A DNA stretch of 64,000 bases from an uncultured Gemmatimonadales bacterium (GCA_963716255.1 OY970303.1:512001-576000), one strand, 5' to 3'. Counted from the stretch's first letter, positions 51,025 to 60,403 are shown. The notes: generated by a model not told the origin, from the sequence alone. Translations and numbers: made by a program.

Positions 51025-51414
51025 TCAACCCTTTAAACGCCTGCATTGCACGCGCCGGAAGTTGCCTGTGGGGTGACGCGAGCCACTGCGCCAGTTCCCG
51101 GACCTGGTCCGGTGCCAGGCGGGTAACGGCCCGCTGCAACTCGACGGTGAGTTGCCGGTGCGGGGCTCCCCGCGCGACTGGTGGCGGTCGATCTCCAGTT
51201 TCTCGCGCACGGACGCGTGCGCCACGAGGTTGTCGCGGAGTTCGGCGTAGTCGCGCCCGGTCCCAATCCTGTCGGGGAGGTTGCAGAGCAGGATCCCGTG
51301 CTCCTCCTCCAGCACCGCCCGCTCCCGCGTGATGTACCCCACGTGCCGGGCCGACGCGCCGACGGTCCCCGCCCGGAAGCGGATGAATGTCCCACCCCGC
51401 GCCGCGGCGCTCAC
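51025..51414 (-). pseudogene. truncated relaxase
   Basis: Coupled to mobC; N-terminal RHVGYITR (catalytic-Tyr-like motif); sequence degenerates after GEPRT, no His-triad. Confidence 0.6.
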
Positions 51415-51803
51415 CTCAGCCGCTCACGGATCAGGTCCACCGTCTCCTCCACCGCCCGCGCCGCCTCCTGCAGCTCGGCGTCGGTGGGCGGGAGCGCCGA
51501 GCCACCCACGTCGGCGGAGTTCTCCCGGTGGGCGAGCTGATTGAGGTTCACCCCCACCTTGCGGAGCTGGAACATCAAACCTTCCAGCACCTCTACCTCC
51601 ACGGGGGAGGCGCGGTGCGGAATGCGCTCCGCAGCCCCTTCAGCGGCCCCCAGCTCAGCGAGGAAGCGGGTGTATGGCCTCCCGGCCCTCCGGGCGTTCT
51701 CGATGATTCTGGACGCCTCATCGTCGGTCGCGCGGACGAAGAACGGGACGGGATACCGCCCGGCCAACCGCCGCCCCTTCCGCTTCTCCAGTTCGTCGGA
51801 CAT
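51411..51803 (-). CDS. mobC: MobC relaxosome accessory protein
   Basis: RHH-like N-terminus; QLRKVGVNLNQLAH motif; GGAGG RBS. Confidence 0.85.
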   Translation of the reverse strand: MSDELEKRKGRRLAGRYPVPFFVRATDDEASRIIENARRAGRPYTRFLAELGAAEGAAERIPHRASPVEVEVLEGLMFQLRKVGVNLNQLAHRENSADVGGSALPPTDAELQEAARAVEETVDLIRERLR

Positions 51804-51893
51804 ACGCACCTCCGCGTGTCTGGGTCGGGGTGGTTCCCCTTGAGCGCGCAGCGCGAATGGGGCAGGACGGGCCGCCGCGAAGCGGCAGGACCG

Positions 51894-51922
51894 GCATCGT
51901 GCTAGCACGATGCGTATCCTGC
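51894..51922 (+). other. putative oriT with MOB-P-type nic site
   Basis: Perfect 20-bp palindrome GCATCGTGCTAGCACGATGC followed by G-TATCCTG-C, just upstream of mobC. Confidence 0.7.
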
Positions 51923-52213
51923 ACTCACGCCGCCCCATCCCAGATACCTCCGGAGCGCCTGGTGCGTTGTATCCCCGTCCGGACGCCAGACCGCTCCCGT
52001 CGACACGACGGGACGGCATCGCGCGGCCTCCCCCGCAGCGGCAGCTTCGCCGCGACGCTACCCGGGACCCACTCCCCTCAGCAGCGCAGCCCTGGAGGCC
52101 TGACGCGCCAGAGAGCATGCGCCAGCCCGTCGTATAACACATTCCTGAATCGCGAGGTACTACCGGGTAGACCCATGCAGGACGTGGTCGCGGGAACAAC
52201 TCGGGAGGCACCG

Positions 52214-52684
52214 ATGACCGCATACGAGCGACTGCTGCGCTTCGTGGAGGATGCGCCGCGGGGAACCCTGGTGCCGGTGGAAGAGCTTCGCGCCATCCTG
52301 GCCGACGGACAGGTTGGCGCCGCTGAGGCCAAAGGAGTGCGCGACCTAACTGCTGCGGAAGCCGCGGACTGGCTGCACCGGCACCTGGGCGGAAGAAAGC
52401 GCACGCCCGCCGCAGTTCGGAAGATGATGCGGACGGGACTGCGAGGTGTGGTGCTTCAGTCCTTTTCGTTCGGGCGAGAGCGCCGCACGACGGAGCAGGA
52501 TCTGGAACGCTTCCTCGGGGAGGTCCGGGGCAGGTGTCGCTCGGTCACGGGGTCTCCTCTGCCGCCCCGCGAGACTTCCGGAGCGCTCCCGCCTAAGCGA
52601 GACGTGGATCCCGCAGACGAAATCGCCGCAGCCAAAGCAAGCTTCGGGATCTTCCGGCCTGAGCAACGGGCCGCGGGTGCGTGA
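52214..52684 (+). CDS. excisionase-like HTH protein
   Basis: GGAGG RBS; LTAAEAADWL..PAAVRKMMRTG..GRERRTTEQDLERFL; next to the integrase. Confidence 0.65.
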   Translation: MTAYERLLRFVEDAPRGTLVPVEELRAILADGQVGAAEAKGVRDLTAAEAADWLHRHLGGRKRTPAAVRKMMRTGLRGVVLQSFSFGRERRTTEQDLERFLGEVRGRCRSVTGSPLPPRETSGALPPKRDVDPADEIAAAKASFGIFRPEQRAAGA

Positions 52685-52715
52685 CACATCGGTCACACAC
52701 CCGCGCTCTCCCTCC

Positions 52716-54314
52716 CTACGCTGCCTGATCTGTCCTCGCCCCCTGTGGCTGCCCGGCTGCTCCCTCCGCGCGGCGGAAGCGGGCGAACCGGCGCGTCCCA
52801 TCCTTCCACACCGCCCCGCTCTCCACCAGCCTGTCCCGGCAGTAGTAGAAGGTCCCGGCAGGCAGGCCGGACGCGTGCTCCCACTCCTTCGCCGTGAGGC
52901 CACGCGGAGGGAGAAGAGCGAGGACAGCTTTCAGCTTCGGCGTCAGTTCCCAGGGTGACCTGCGCTCCGGGTCCGCGCCGAGACGATGGGCGTACTGAGC
53001 GGCCCATTCGCTCCACCGAAATTCCAGGTGGGACCGCGACGCGCGCAGGCGCGTGTGCCTGAAGTACCGCCGGTCGATCATCTCCAGGGAGCCGTGCCCC
53101 ATCTCCGCCTGGAGCTTCATGGGCGTCATGGCCTGGCCGTGCTCGTCCAGCGTGTACGTCCGGTGCGTGCAGTACGTCACCCGGAAGCGGCGGGTGCGAA
53201 CTGAGCCCTCCACGAACCCACAGAAGCCGGCGATCCGGTCCAGGGACTTGCGCCAGTCACCGAGCGGGACCGTACCGTCGCTCCCTTCGGCGGGGAAGAG
53301 GAGCGGCCCGCGGGGGGCGTTGGGGCCGGCCAGGTACTCCGCCAGGATCTCGGCCAGTTGAGGGTGCAGGGGGATGACACGCTCCCGGTAGTCCGTCTTC
53401 AGCCGGTTCTGGTTGTCCTCCGCCCGTACGGTGGGATTCGTCCGGACGACGACCGCACCCCGCGGAAACTCGGGATCGCCAGGCAACCGCACGTCGGACA
53501 CACGCACGCCGGCCCTCTCCGACTCGATCACGCCGGTCAGCAGGTAGAACCCGAGCAGAGGATAAAGGGGGAGCCCAGGCCGGTCAGGCGGATACAGGAC
53601 CCGCGCGCCCTCCAGGAGCAGCGCCGCCTCCCCCACCTCCAGGTGCTCCGTGGGACTCGGGTCGACGGAGGGGAGATCCGTGCGCTCGGTCACCCAGTTC
53701 CGGTCGATCCGGCCCTCCGCGACCGCGGCTTGAAGCAGTTCCCCGAGCGTGTCCAGGTACCGCCGCTGCGTGGTGCAGGAGAGCTTGCCCCGCCGGCCGC
53801 CCGCGCGGTTTCCCTGACACTCGGGCGGCCGGGTGCGGAGTTCCTCCATGTAAGCGCGGATCTCCGCGGGCCCAAGCTCCGTCAGCCGCTCGCGTCCTCG
53901 CTGGGCGAAGAACCGCGCCGCGTGCACCAGCCGCTGCTCCTGGACCCTCAACCAGCCGCGGGTAACCTTCTTTCGACCGTGGCGGTTCTCCTTTTCAGCG
54001 AGATACCAGCCGGCGAAGGTCGCGATGCGGTCCAGCGGGTCCTCAGCCTCCAGTCGGGGCGCGATCCCGTCCGGGTGCGTCTTTCGCAGTTCGCGCATCT
54101 CCGCGAGCCGCTGCCCGTACAGGATCGCCGCCGTGACGGCGTCGGCCGTCGCGTACCTCTCACCCGGGGCGACCAGCGCCTCCTGCCTGCCGCCCCAAAG
54201 GTTCCACTCCCGCGCGTCGATATAGGCGCGCCCGCGCTTCCAGTAGAGCCGCGCGTGCGGCTCCTGCCCTGCGCCTGTCGCTTGTGCCGCTTCGCGGCCG
54301 ACGGACTTGCGCAT
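52716..54314 (-). CDS. tyrosine recombinase/integrase with atypical active site and C-terminal winged HTH
   Basis: LLTG..SE box I, LKT..RERVIPL, MGH..RRY box II; adjacent to the tRNA 3' end. Confidence 0.85.
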   Translation of the reverse strand: MRKSVGREAAQATGAGQEPHARLYWKRGRAYIDAREWNLWGGRQEALVAPGERYATADAVTAAILYGQRLAEMRELRKTHPDGIAPRLEAEDPLDRIATFAGWYLAEKENRHGRKKVTRGWLRVQEQRLVHAARFFAQRGRERLTELGPAEIRAYMEELRTRPPECQGNRAGGRRGKLSCTTQRRYLDTLGELLQAAVAEGRIDRNWVTERTDLPSVDPSPTEHLEVGEAALLLEGARVLYPPDRPGLPLYPLLGFYLLTGVIESERAGVRVSDVRLPGDPEFPRGAVVVRTNPTVRAEDNQNRLKTDYRERVIPLHPQLAEILAEYLAGPNAPRGPLLFPAEGSDGTVPLGDWRKSLDRIAGFCGFVEGSVRTRRFRVTYCTHRTYTLDEHGQAMTPMKLQAEMGHGSLEMIDRRYFRHTRLRASRSHLEFRWSEWAAQYAHRLGADPERRSPWELTPKLKAVLALLPPRGLTAKEWEHASGLPAGTFYYCRDRLVESGAVWKDGTRRFARFRRAEGAAGQPQGARTDQAA

Positions 54315-54447
54315 ACCTCGCTCCTAGCCCGGGCCAGGTTGAGCAATCGCGGCGAACCCCTCTCCGGAGAGGGATTACCACGTGAACGCGAGGTGCGTTG
54401 TATCCTGTGTTACCGGAGCTTGTTACCCGCAGCCCGATTCGAGCTAC

Positions 54448-54493
54448 AAAACAAACGCCCGCAGGTGGCTAAACAGCCATCCTACGGGCGTTT
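54448..54493 (-). terminator. terminator after tRNA-Arg copy 2
   Basis: AAACGCCCG..TGGCT/AGCCA..CGGGCGTTT stem followed by GTTTT on the minus strand. Confidence 0.7.
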
Positions 54494-54500
54494 GGGGACA

Positions 54501-54575
54501 TGCTCCCGGCAGGACTCGAACCTGCGACCTTTGGTTTAGGAAACCACTGCTCTATCCTGGCTGAGCTACGAGGGC
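54501..54575 (-). tRNA. tRNA-Arg(CCT), imperfect acceptor stem
   Basis: GCCCTCG..GCTC/GAGC..TTCCTAA..GCAGGTTCGAGTCCTGC-CGGGAGC-A; C3:A70 mismatch and U5:G68 wobble. Confidence 0.88.
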
Positions 54576-54664
54576 GCACCACACGGGACCAGGCCCCGCG
54601 AAGGCCGGAAATTTAGCTGTTTCCCGCCGGAGGGTCAATCGCCGCTCCGTCCGGTGCGCGGGGC

Positions 54665-56131
54665 TCACGAGGCCCCGCGGCGCCCCTGCGCGTAACCCAG
54701 CGCGAAGCCGGTGACCAGCAGCTCCAGTGGGTCCGTCCCCGCCCCGCCCGCCAGCACCTCACCCGGCTGCTCGCGCAGCCTGCGCGCGATCCCCTCCAGC
54801 CGCTCCGCCACTTCCGCCAGCGCGTCCGCCGTGCCCCCACCGAGCGCCGCCTCCCCGGCATCCCCCGCGAAGGGAGCGGCCTCCCCGGCAAAGGCCGACT
54901 CTCCGTACGCCGCGTCGAAGCCGCTCAGCGCCTCAGCCTCGGACTCCGCGTAGTCGGACGCGTACCCGGACCCGGCGGCGTAGTCCGCGTCGCCCGCGGG
55001 CGCGTAGAGCGCCTCCTCCGCGGCAGTGTTCTCCTCGGATGCGAAGTACTCCTCCATGGAGGAGGCGGGCTCCTCGGCGTCCGCCGCCATCTCCGATGCG
55101 CTCTCCTCCGCGTCCGCCGCCATCTCCTCCACCGCGGGCTCCAGCAACCAGGCCTCCGCCCCGGAGTCCTCCACCTCGCCGGCCGCGGGGGCCGATTCCC
55201 ACGGGCTCGCGGCCGCCTCGGGCGCCGCTTCCGCCTCGGAAACGTGCACGGGCGCGCCGGAGTCCCAGGGCGTGGGCTCCTCCGCGGCTGCGGGGAACGC
55301 GTCCGCCGCGTCCAGCGGCTCCACCGCGTCGGAGGCGTTCGGCGGCGCCTCCCCCTCGCTCGCCTCCGGCTCGGCGGCGAGCGACAAGGGCGCGTCCGCA
55401 CCGAACGCGGGAGGCTCGTGGGCCACCGCGTCGGAGGGCGCCGCCTCGTACGCCTGTGCGTCGAAGGGCGTGGCCTCGGGGGCGGGAGTCTCCAGGGGCG
55501 CGGCGTCGAACGACTCCACGTCGAACGAGTACGCCTCGCTCGCGGACGGCTCCGCCGCGGGCGCGTCCACCTCCACCTCCTCGCCGCCCCACGTCATCCA
55601 CGCCGGCTCCGCCGCCTCGGCCGGTTCCTGGAAGGCCGGTTCCTGGAAGGCCGGTTCCTGGAAGGCCGGCTCCTGGAGCGCCGGATCCTGGAGCGTGGGC
55701 TCCGCGTGCATCGCCGGCGCGGCGGTCAGCCAGGGCAGGTCCTCCGCGTCGTCCTCCGACGCGGGCGCACCGGCGAGGGGAGTGTCCGCTTCCACCGGCG
55801 CCTCCCAGGGCATCCACGCCTCGTCCTGCGCCCCGGTCGCCGCGGGGGTGAACGGGGCCGTCTCCTCCTCCACCGCCGACGGCGGCTCGGGGGCACGGGC
55901 ATACTCGTCCACCACGCTCCCGGCCTCCTCCGCAAAGGGAGCGGCCGGAGCGGGAGGAGCCACCGGTGCGGGCGCCGGCTGGGCGGCGCCGGGGCGCGCG
56001 AAGGGAGCGAACGGCGGCAGCGGCGCCCCGGCAGCCGGGGCCGCGTCCGGCGAGCCCGAGGGACGCGACAGGGCGGGAGCGAACGGCGGGAGCGGCCTGC
56101 GGTCCGCGGGATCTCCGGGGTGTGCGCTCAT
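54665..56131 (-). CDS. acidic Pro/Glu/Ala-rich disordered protein with helical C-terminus
   Basis: Consistent coding frame; PLPPFAP twice; amphipathic C-terminal helices. Confidence 0.7.
   Translation of the reverse strand: MSAHPGDPADRRPLPPFAPALSRPSGSPDAAPAAGAPLPPFAPFARPGAAQPAPAPVAPPAPAAPFAEEAGSVVDEYARAPEPPSAVEEETAPFTPAATGAQDEAWMPWEAPVEADTPLAGAPASEDDAEDLPWLTAAPAMHAEPTLQDPALQEPAFQEPAFQEPAFQEPAEAAEPAWMTWGGEEVEVDAPAAEPSASEAYSFDVESFDAAPLETPAPEATPFDAQAYEAAPSDAVAHEPPAFGADAPLSLAAEPEASEGEAPPNASDAVEPLDAADAFPAAAEEPTPWDSGAPVHVSEAEAAPEAAASPWESAPAAGEVEDSGAEAWLLEPAVEEMAADAEESASEMAADAEEPASSMEEYFASEENTAAEEALYAPAGDADYAAGSGYASDYAESEAEALSGFDAAYGESAFAGEAAPFAGDAGEAALGGGTADALAEVAERLEGIARRLREQPGEVLAGGAGTDPLELLVTGFALGYAQGRRGAS
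55621..55695. repeat. 15-bp tandem repeat x5 (QEPAF-like) inside the CDS
   Basis: CCGGTTCCTGGAAGG x3 plus two degenerate units. Confidence 0.85.
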
Positions 56132-56327
56132 CGGGAGTGCCGGGAGGAGAGTGGACGAAGAGATGCGAAGGGAGCCGCGCGGGGCGGCGCCGGGAAGACG
56201 CGCGCGTGGGCGGACGGCGCGCCGGCCGGGAGGCGGGCGCACGGGGTCCGCGGGTGCTCGGTTCCGGGTGTGAGGCGCAAGCTACCGCGGCGCGGGGGGC
56301 GCTGTCAACGAATTTGGCGCGGGCGGC

Positions 56328-56996
56328 TCAGCCGCCGCGACCCGGCTCCGCGCGCTCGGCCCAGCCGAAGCGGCCCAGGAGCGGCACGAAAGTGACGTCC
56401 AGCACCTCCTCCATGGTCACCCCCTCCGGGGCGTTCCGCACCATCACCAGGCGCTGCGTGTCGCGCGCGCCCACCGGCACCAGCATCCGCCCGCCGGGGG
56501 CCAGCTGCTCCACCAGCGGCGCCGGGACCTCGGGGCTCCCGGCCGCCACCAGGATGGCGTCGTAGGGTGCGTAGCGGCTCCAGCCGATGGTCCCGTCCCC
56601 CACCAGCAGCGCCACGTTGGAGACGCGCAGCCGGTCCAGCACGTCGCGCGCCCGCATCGAGAGCTCGCGGATGCGCTCCACCGAGTGCACACGGTCCACC
56701 AGCGAGGCCAGCACCGCCGTCTGGTGCCCCGACCCCGTCCCGATCTCCAGCACCCGGTCGGTGGACTGCAGCTGCAGCGCCTGCATGTAATACGCCTGGA
56801 GCGAGGGCTGCGACGCCGTCTGCCCGAAGCCGATGGGCACCGGGGCGTCCTCGTAGGCGCGGCCCCACACCGCCTCCGGCAGGAACTCGTGGCGCGGGAC
56901 GCGCTCGAAGGCGCGCAGCACCTCCAGGTCGCGGATGCCGCGCTCCTGCATGCGGCCCACCAGCGCGCGGCGCTGCGCCAGGAAGCGGTCGCTCAC
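56328..56996 (-). CDS. pcm: protein-L-isoaspartate O-methyltransferase
   Basis: VPRHEF, GQTASQP, VLEIGTGSG, APYDAI, FVPL. Confidence 0.95.
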   Translation of the reverse strand: MSDRFLAQRRALVGRMQERGIRDLEVLRAFERVPRHEFLPEAVWGRAYEDAPVPIGFGQTASQPSLQAYYMQALQLQSTDRVLEIGTGSGHQTAVLASLVDRVHSVERIRELSMRARDVLDRLRVSNVALLVGDGTIGWSRYAPYDAILVAAGSPEVPAPLVEQLAPGGRMLVPVGARDTQRLVMVRNAPEGVTMEEVLDVTFVPLLGRFGWAERAEPGRGG

Positions 56997-57739
56997 AGCG
57001 ACAGCCCCCACCCCGCCACGTCGGCGAGGAGCGCGTGGTTGGTGAGGTCCAGGTGCAGCGGCGTCACCGACACGTAGCCCGCCTTCACCGCGTGGAAGTC
57101 GGTCCCCTCCGGCGCGTCCCACTCCGCCCCGCCGCCGCCGATCCAGAAGTACTCGCGCCCCATCGGGTCCTTGCCGCGGAAGATGGAGTCGTTGTACACG
57201 CGGCGCGCCAGGCGCGTCACCTGCACGCCCCTGACCTCCGCCGGGTCGATGCCCGGGAGGTTGACGTTGAGCAGCGTCTCCGGGGGAAAGCCGCCGCGCA
57301 GCAATTGCGGCAGCAGCCGTTCCAGCAGCGGCCCGAAGGCGCCGATGGCCTCCGGGTCGCGCCCCACGTACGACACCGCCACCGAGGGGATCCCCAGGAT
57401 GGTGGCCTCCATCGCCCCCGCCACGGTCCCCGAGTAGAGCACGTCCTCGCCCATGTTGGGCCCGTGGTTCACCCCCGAGAGCACGCAGTCCGGGCGGCCC
57501 TCCAGGAGGGCGCCCATCGCCAGGGCCACGCAGTCCGTGGGAGTGCCGTCCACGTGGTGCACACCCTCGCGCACGCGGCGGGCGCGGAGCGGGTGGTGCA
57601 TGGTGAGCGAGTGGCTGGTGGCGCTCTGCTCGCGGTCGGGCGCGACGATCTCCACGGTGCCCAGGGTCTTCGCGGCCGTGGCCAGGACGTCCAGCCCAAG
57701 GGCCAGGTAGCCGTCGTCGTTTGTGCAGAGGATCAGCAT
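56993..57739 (-). CDS. surE: 5'/3'-nucleotidase SurE
   Basis: TNDDG, GTPTDCV, SGVNHGPN, YSGTVAGA, SVTPL. Confidence 0.96.
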   Translation of the reverse strand: MLILCTNDDGYLALGLDVLATAAKTLGTVEIVAPDREQSATSHSLTMHHPLRARRVREGVHHVDGTPTDCVALAMGALLEGRPDCVLSGVNHGPNMGEDVLYSGTVAGAMEATILGIPSVAVSYVGRDPEAIGAFGPLLERLLPQLLRGGFPPETLLNVNLPGIDPAEVRGVQVTRLARRVYNDSIFRGKDPMGREYFWIGGGGAEWDAPEGTDFHAVKAGYVSVTPLHLDLTNHALLADVAGWGLSL

Positions 57740-57789
57740 CTGGTCGCTCGAATTGTGTCGGGACGGCAACGACTCTGAACGACGGGTTC

Positions 57790-57920
57790 GGGCGTGCCCC
57801 CGGCTGCGCCGGGGTCGGGCTTCGGCTCCGTAGGCGAGCAAACAACGCTCGCCAACGGAGTCGAGCCCCCGCGGAAACTGCCCCGCGGGGTCTCGCCCCT
57901 CCGGGCCGAAATCCCTCACG
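57790..57920 (-). repeat. ~130 nt structured repeat, copy 2
   Basis: Reverse complement of the copy 1 scaffold with different but still paired stems. Confidence 0.85.
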
Positions 57921-58209
57921 CGGGCATTGCGCTGGCGTCCGCTGGGGCCCCCTCCCCCCGGCCCCCTCCCCCGCAAGCGGGAGAGGGGGAGAACGACACG
58001 GCTGTTGCCGTTGCGATCTGCGCCGGGAGGTCGGGGGAGGGTCCGCAGGCGGCGCGTTTGTTCGAAGCCAGCGTGATCCTGCCCTCGCGCGGAGGGTGGG
58101 CGAGTGCTCTCGAGAGTCCCTTCGGGTGTCGCACCGCCGGAGGAGCCTTCCCCGGCCGACCCCATACCCGGAACCCGCCGGAGCGAGCCGTCGCACTCCC
58201 GCACTGCCG

Positions 58210-58554
58210 TCAGAGCAGCTCCAGGATCTCCTCGAGCTCCGCGCGCAGCGAGCGCACGAACGACTCCTCCAGGGCGCGGCGCGAGCGGTCGGCCATGTCG
58301 CCGGAGGCGCGCAGCTCCTCGATCCTGCGGCGCGCGCCGTCTATGGTGAAGCCTTCGTCGTGCACCAGGCGGCGGATGAGCGCGATCAGCTCCAGGTCGC
58401 GGGCGCGGTAGACGCGGTTGCCCTGCCGGTTCTTGGCGGGGGCGAACGCGTCGAACTGCGTCTCCCAGTAGCGCAGCACGTGCGCCTTCAGCCCCAGCAG
58501 CTCGCACACCTCGCCGATGGAGTAGAACTCCCGCTGCGGCGCGCCGCGCTTCAC
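58210..58554 (-). CDS. MerR family transcriptional regulator
   Basis: YSIGEV, HVLRYWE, GNRVY, GFTIDGA. Confidence 0.9.
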   Translation of the reverse strand: MKRGAPQREFYSIGEVCELLGLKAHVLRYWETQFDAFAPAKNRQGNRVYRARDLELIALIRRLVHDEGFTIDGARRRIEELRASGDMADRSRRALEESFVRSLRAELEEILELL

Positions 58555-59561
58555 CCCCAGTGCTCCGCCTTGGGCTCGCGCAGCATCAGGCGCTCCACCG
58601 CGGCTCGCGGGGGAAGCTCCTCGAAGAGCACCGCGTGCACCGCGTGCACGATGGGCATCTCGATGCCGCGGCGCAGCGCCAGGTCGTGCGCCGACTTGGC
58701 CGTGCGCACCCCCTCCGCCACCTGCGTCATCCCGCCCAGGATGTCCCCCAGGCCGCGCCCCGCCCCCAGCTCAAGCCCCACCGAGCGGTTGCGGGACAGG
58801 GCGCCGGTGCAGGTGAGGATCAGGTCGCCCATCCCGGCCAGCCCGGCGAAGGTCAGCGGGTTCGCGCCCAGGTCCACCCCCAGCCGGGTGATCTCCGCCA
58901 GACCGCGGGTGATGAGCGCCGCCCGGGTGTTGTTGCCGAAGCCCAGCCCCTCCACCACCCCCGCCGCGATGGCGATCACGTTCTTGAGCGCCCCGCCCAG
59001 CTCCACCCCCGCCACGTCGCTGCTGGTGTAGACGCGGAAGTACTCCGTCTGGAAGAGCTCCTGCGCGCGCTCCGCCGCGCGCGCCGAGCGCGACGCGATG
59101 GTCACCGCCGTGGGCTGCCCCAGCCCCACCTCCAGCGCGAAGCTGGGCCCGGACAGGTAGGTGGCGCCGAGCGCCGCCTCGCGCGGCAGCACGTCCTCCA
59201 GCACCCCGTCCATGGTCTCCAGGGTGTCGGTCTCGATCCCCTTGGAAGCGCTCACCACCAGCGCGTCGGGGCGCATGGAGCGCGCGGCCAGCGACATCAC
59301 CGGCCGCACCACGTGCGACGGCGACACCGAGACCACGACCTCCGCCCCCTCCACCGCCTCCGCCATGTCCGCGGTGGCCCGCAGCCGCGGGTCCAGCTCC
59401 ACCTCGGCGAGGTAGCGCGGGTTGCGGTGCTCCCGCTCGATGCCCTCGGCCACGTCCGCCTCGTGCGACCACAGGGTCACCGGGACGCCCTTGCGGGCCA
59501 GCAGGTTGGCGAGCGCCGTCCCCCAGCTCCCCGCCCCGACGACCGCGACGCGCGCGCTCAC
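58551..59561 (-). CDS. gpsA: NAD(P)H-dependent glycerol-3-phosphate dehydrogenase
   Basis: GAGSWGTA, SKGIE, SGPSFA, GGALKNV, GMGDLILTC, SRNR. Confidence 0.96.
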   Translation of the reverse strand: MSARVAVVGAGSWGTALANLLARKGVPVTLWSHEADVAEGIEREHRNPRYLAEVELDPRLRATADMAEAVEGAEVVVSVSPSHVVRPVMSLAARSMRPDALVVSASKGIETDTLETMDGVLEDVLPREAALGATYLSGPSFALEVGLGQPTAVTIASRSARAAERAQELFQTEYFRVYTSSDVAGVELGGALKNVIAIAAGVVEGLGFGNNTRAALITRGLAEITRLGVDLGANPLTFAGLAGMGDLILTCTGALSRNRSVGLELGAGRGLGDILGGMTQVAEGVRTAKSAHDLALRRGIEMPIVHAVHAVLFEELPPRAAVERLMLREPKAEHWG

Positions 59562-60223
59562 CGCACGTCCTCCGCCTCGGCGGCCACGGCCGCGCCCGCG
59601 ACGACCGCCTCGCCGGGGTGCGCCTCCACCGCCTTCTTGCCGAAGCGGTGCTCCTCGCCGCGCAGGATGCGCCCCACGTTGGCGCGGTGCGAGAACACCA
59701 CGAACGCGGCGATCGCCCCGCCCAGCGCCCGCACCTCCCACCGGTCCGACGTGAGCCAGAGGAGGGGAAGCATGGTGAGCGCCGCCAGGATGGAGGCCAG
59801 CGACACCATGCGGCCGAGCCGCAGCGTCGCCAGCCACACCAGGAACGCGCCCCCCACCGCCGCCGGCGCCAGCGCCAGGAACACCCCGGCCCCGGTCGCC
59901 ACGCCCTTGCCGCCCCGGAAGCGCATGTACAGCGAGAACACGTGCCCCACGATGGCCGCCGCCCCGTACGCCAGCGCCCACCGCCAGTCCGGCGAGCTGT
60001 CCCACAGCGGAAAGTACCACGCGGGAACGAACCCCTTGAGCACGTCGAAAAGCATCACCGGCGCCGCCACCTTGGCCCCCAGCACGCGAAAGGTGTTGGT
60101 GGCCCCCAGGTTGCCGCTCCCGTGCTCCCGCAGGTCGATGCCGCGCACCAGCCGCCCCGCGACGTAGCTCGCGGGAACGGAGCCCAGCAGGTAGCCGGCG
60201 ACGACCAGAAGCCAGGGATTCAC
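59558..60223 (-). CDS. plsY: glycerol-3-phosphate acyltransferase
   Basis: GSGNLGATN, FDVLKG, GH, GGKGVAT, HRAN. Confidence 0.95.
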   Translation of the reverse strand: MNPWLLVVAGYLLGSVPASYVAGRLVRGIDLREHGSGNLGATNTFRVLGAKVAAPVMLFDVLKGFVPAWYFPLWDSSPDWRWALAYGAAAIVGHVFSLYMRFRGGKGVATGAGVFLALAPAAVGGAFLVWLATLRLGRMVSLASILAALTMLPLLWLTSDRWEVRALGGAIAAFVVFSHRANVGRILRGEEHRFGKKAVEAHPGEAVVAGAAVAAEAEDVR

Positions 60224-60403
60224 GGCAGGGAACAGGGAACAGGGTTCATCGGTTCACGCGTAGCGTGAAGCGTCACAGGGAACAGCCTGCAACGGCCCCT
60301 ACCCGGCCGCTTGAAGCCCGCGGCCGGACTTCCGCGCCGTCGTGCAGTGCTCCCCCTCTCCCGCTTGCGGGGGAGGGGGCCGGGGGAAGGGGGCCTGCCG
60401 TCG

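Larger units (their letters stand above)
18262..54500. mobile_element. Accessory genomic island between two tRNA-Arg genes (probably composite)
   Basis: Integrase beside the right tRNA 3' end; IS, oriT, pseudogenes and lower-GC patches; no housekeeping genes; backbone repeats not seen inside. Internal boundaries not resolved. Confidence 0.6.

Noticed and set aside
42000..54500. Direct-repeat att site matching the right tRNA 3' end
   Set aside because: Not found by eye; needs an exact search, so the element's left boundary is left undefined
55621..55695. Possible CRISPR-like array
   Set aside because: Head-to-tail 15-bp units with no spacers, in frame within a CDS; no cas genes in the window
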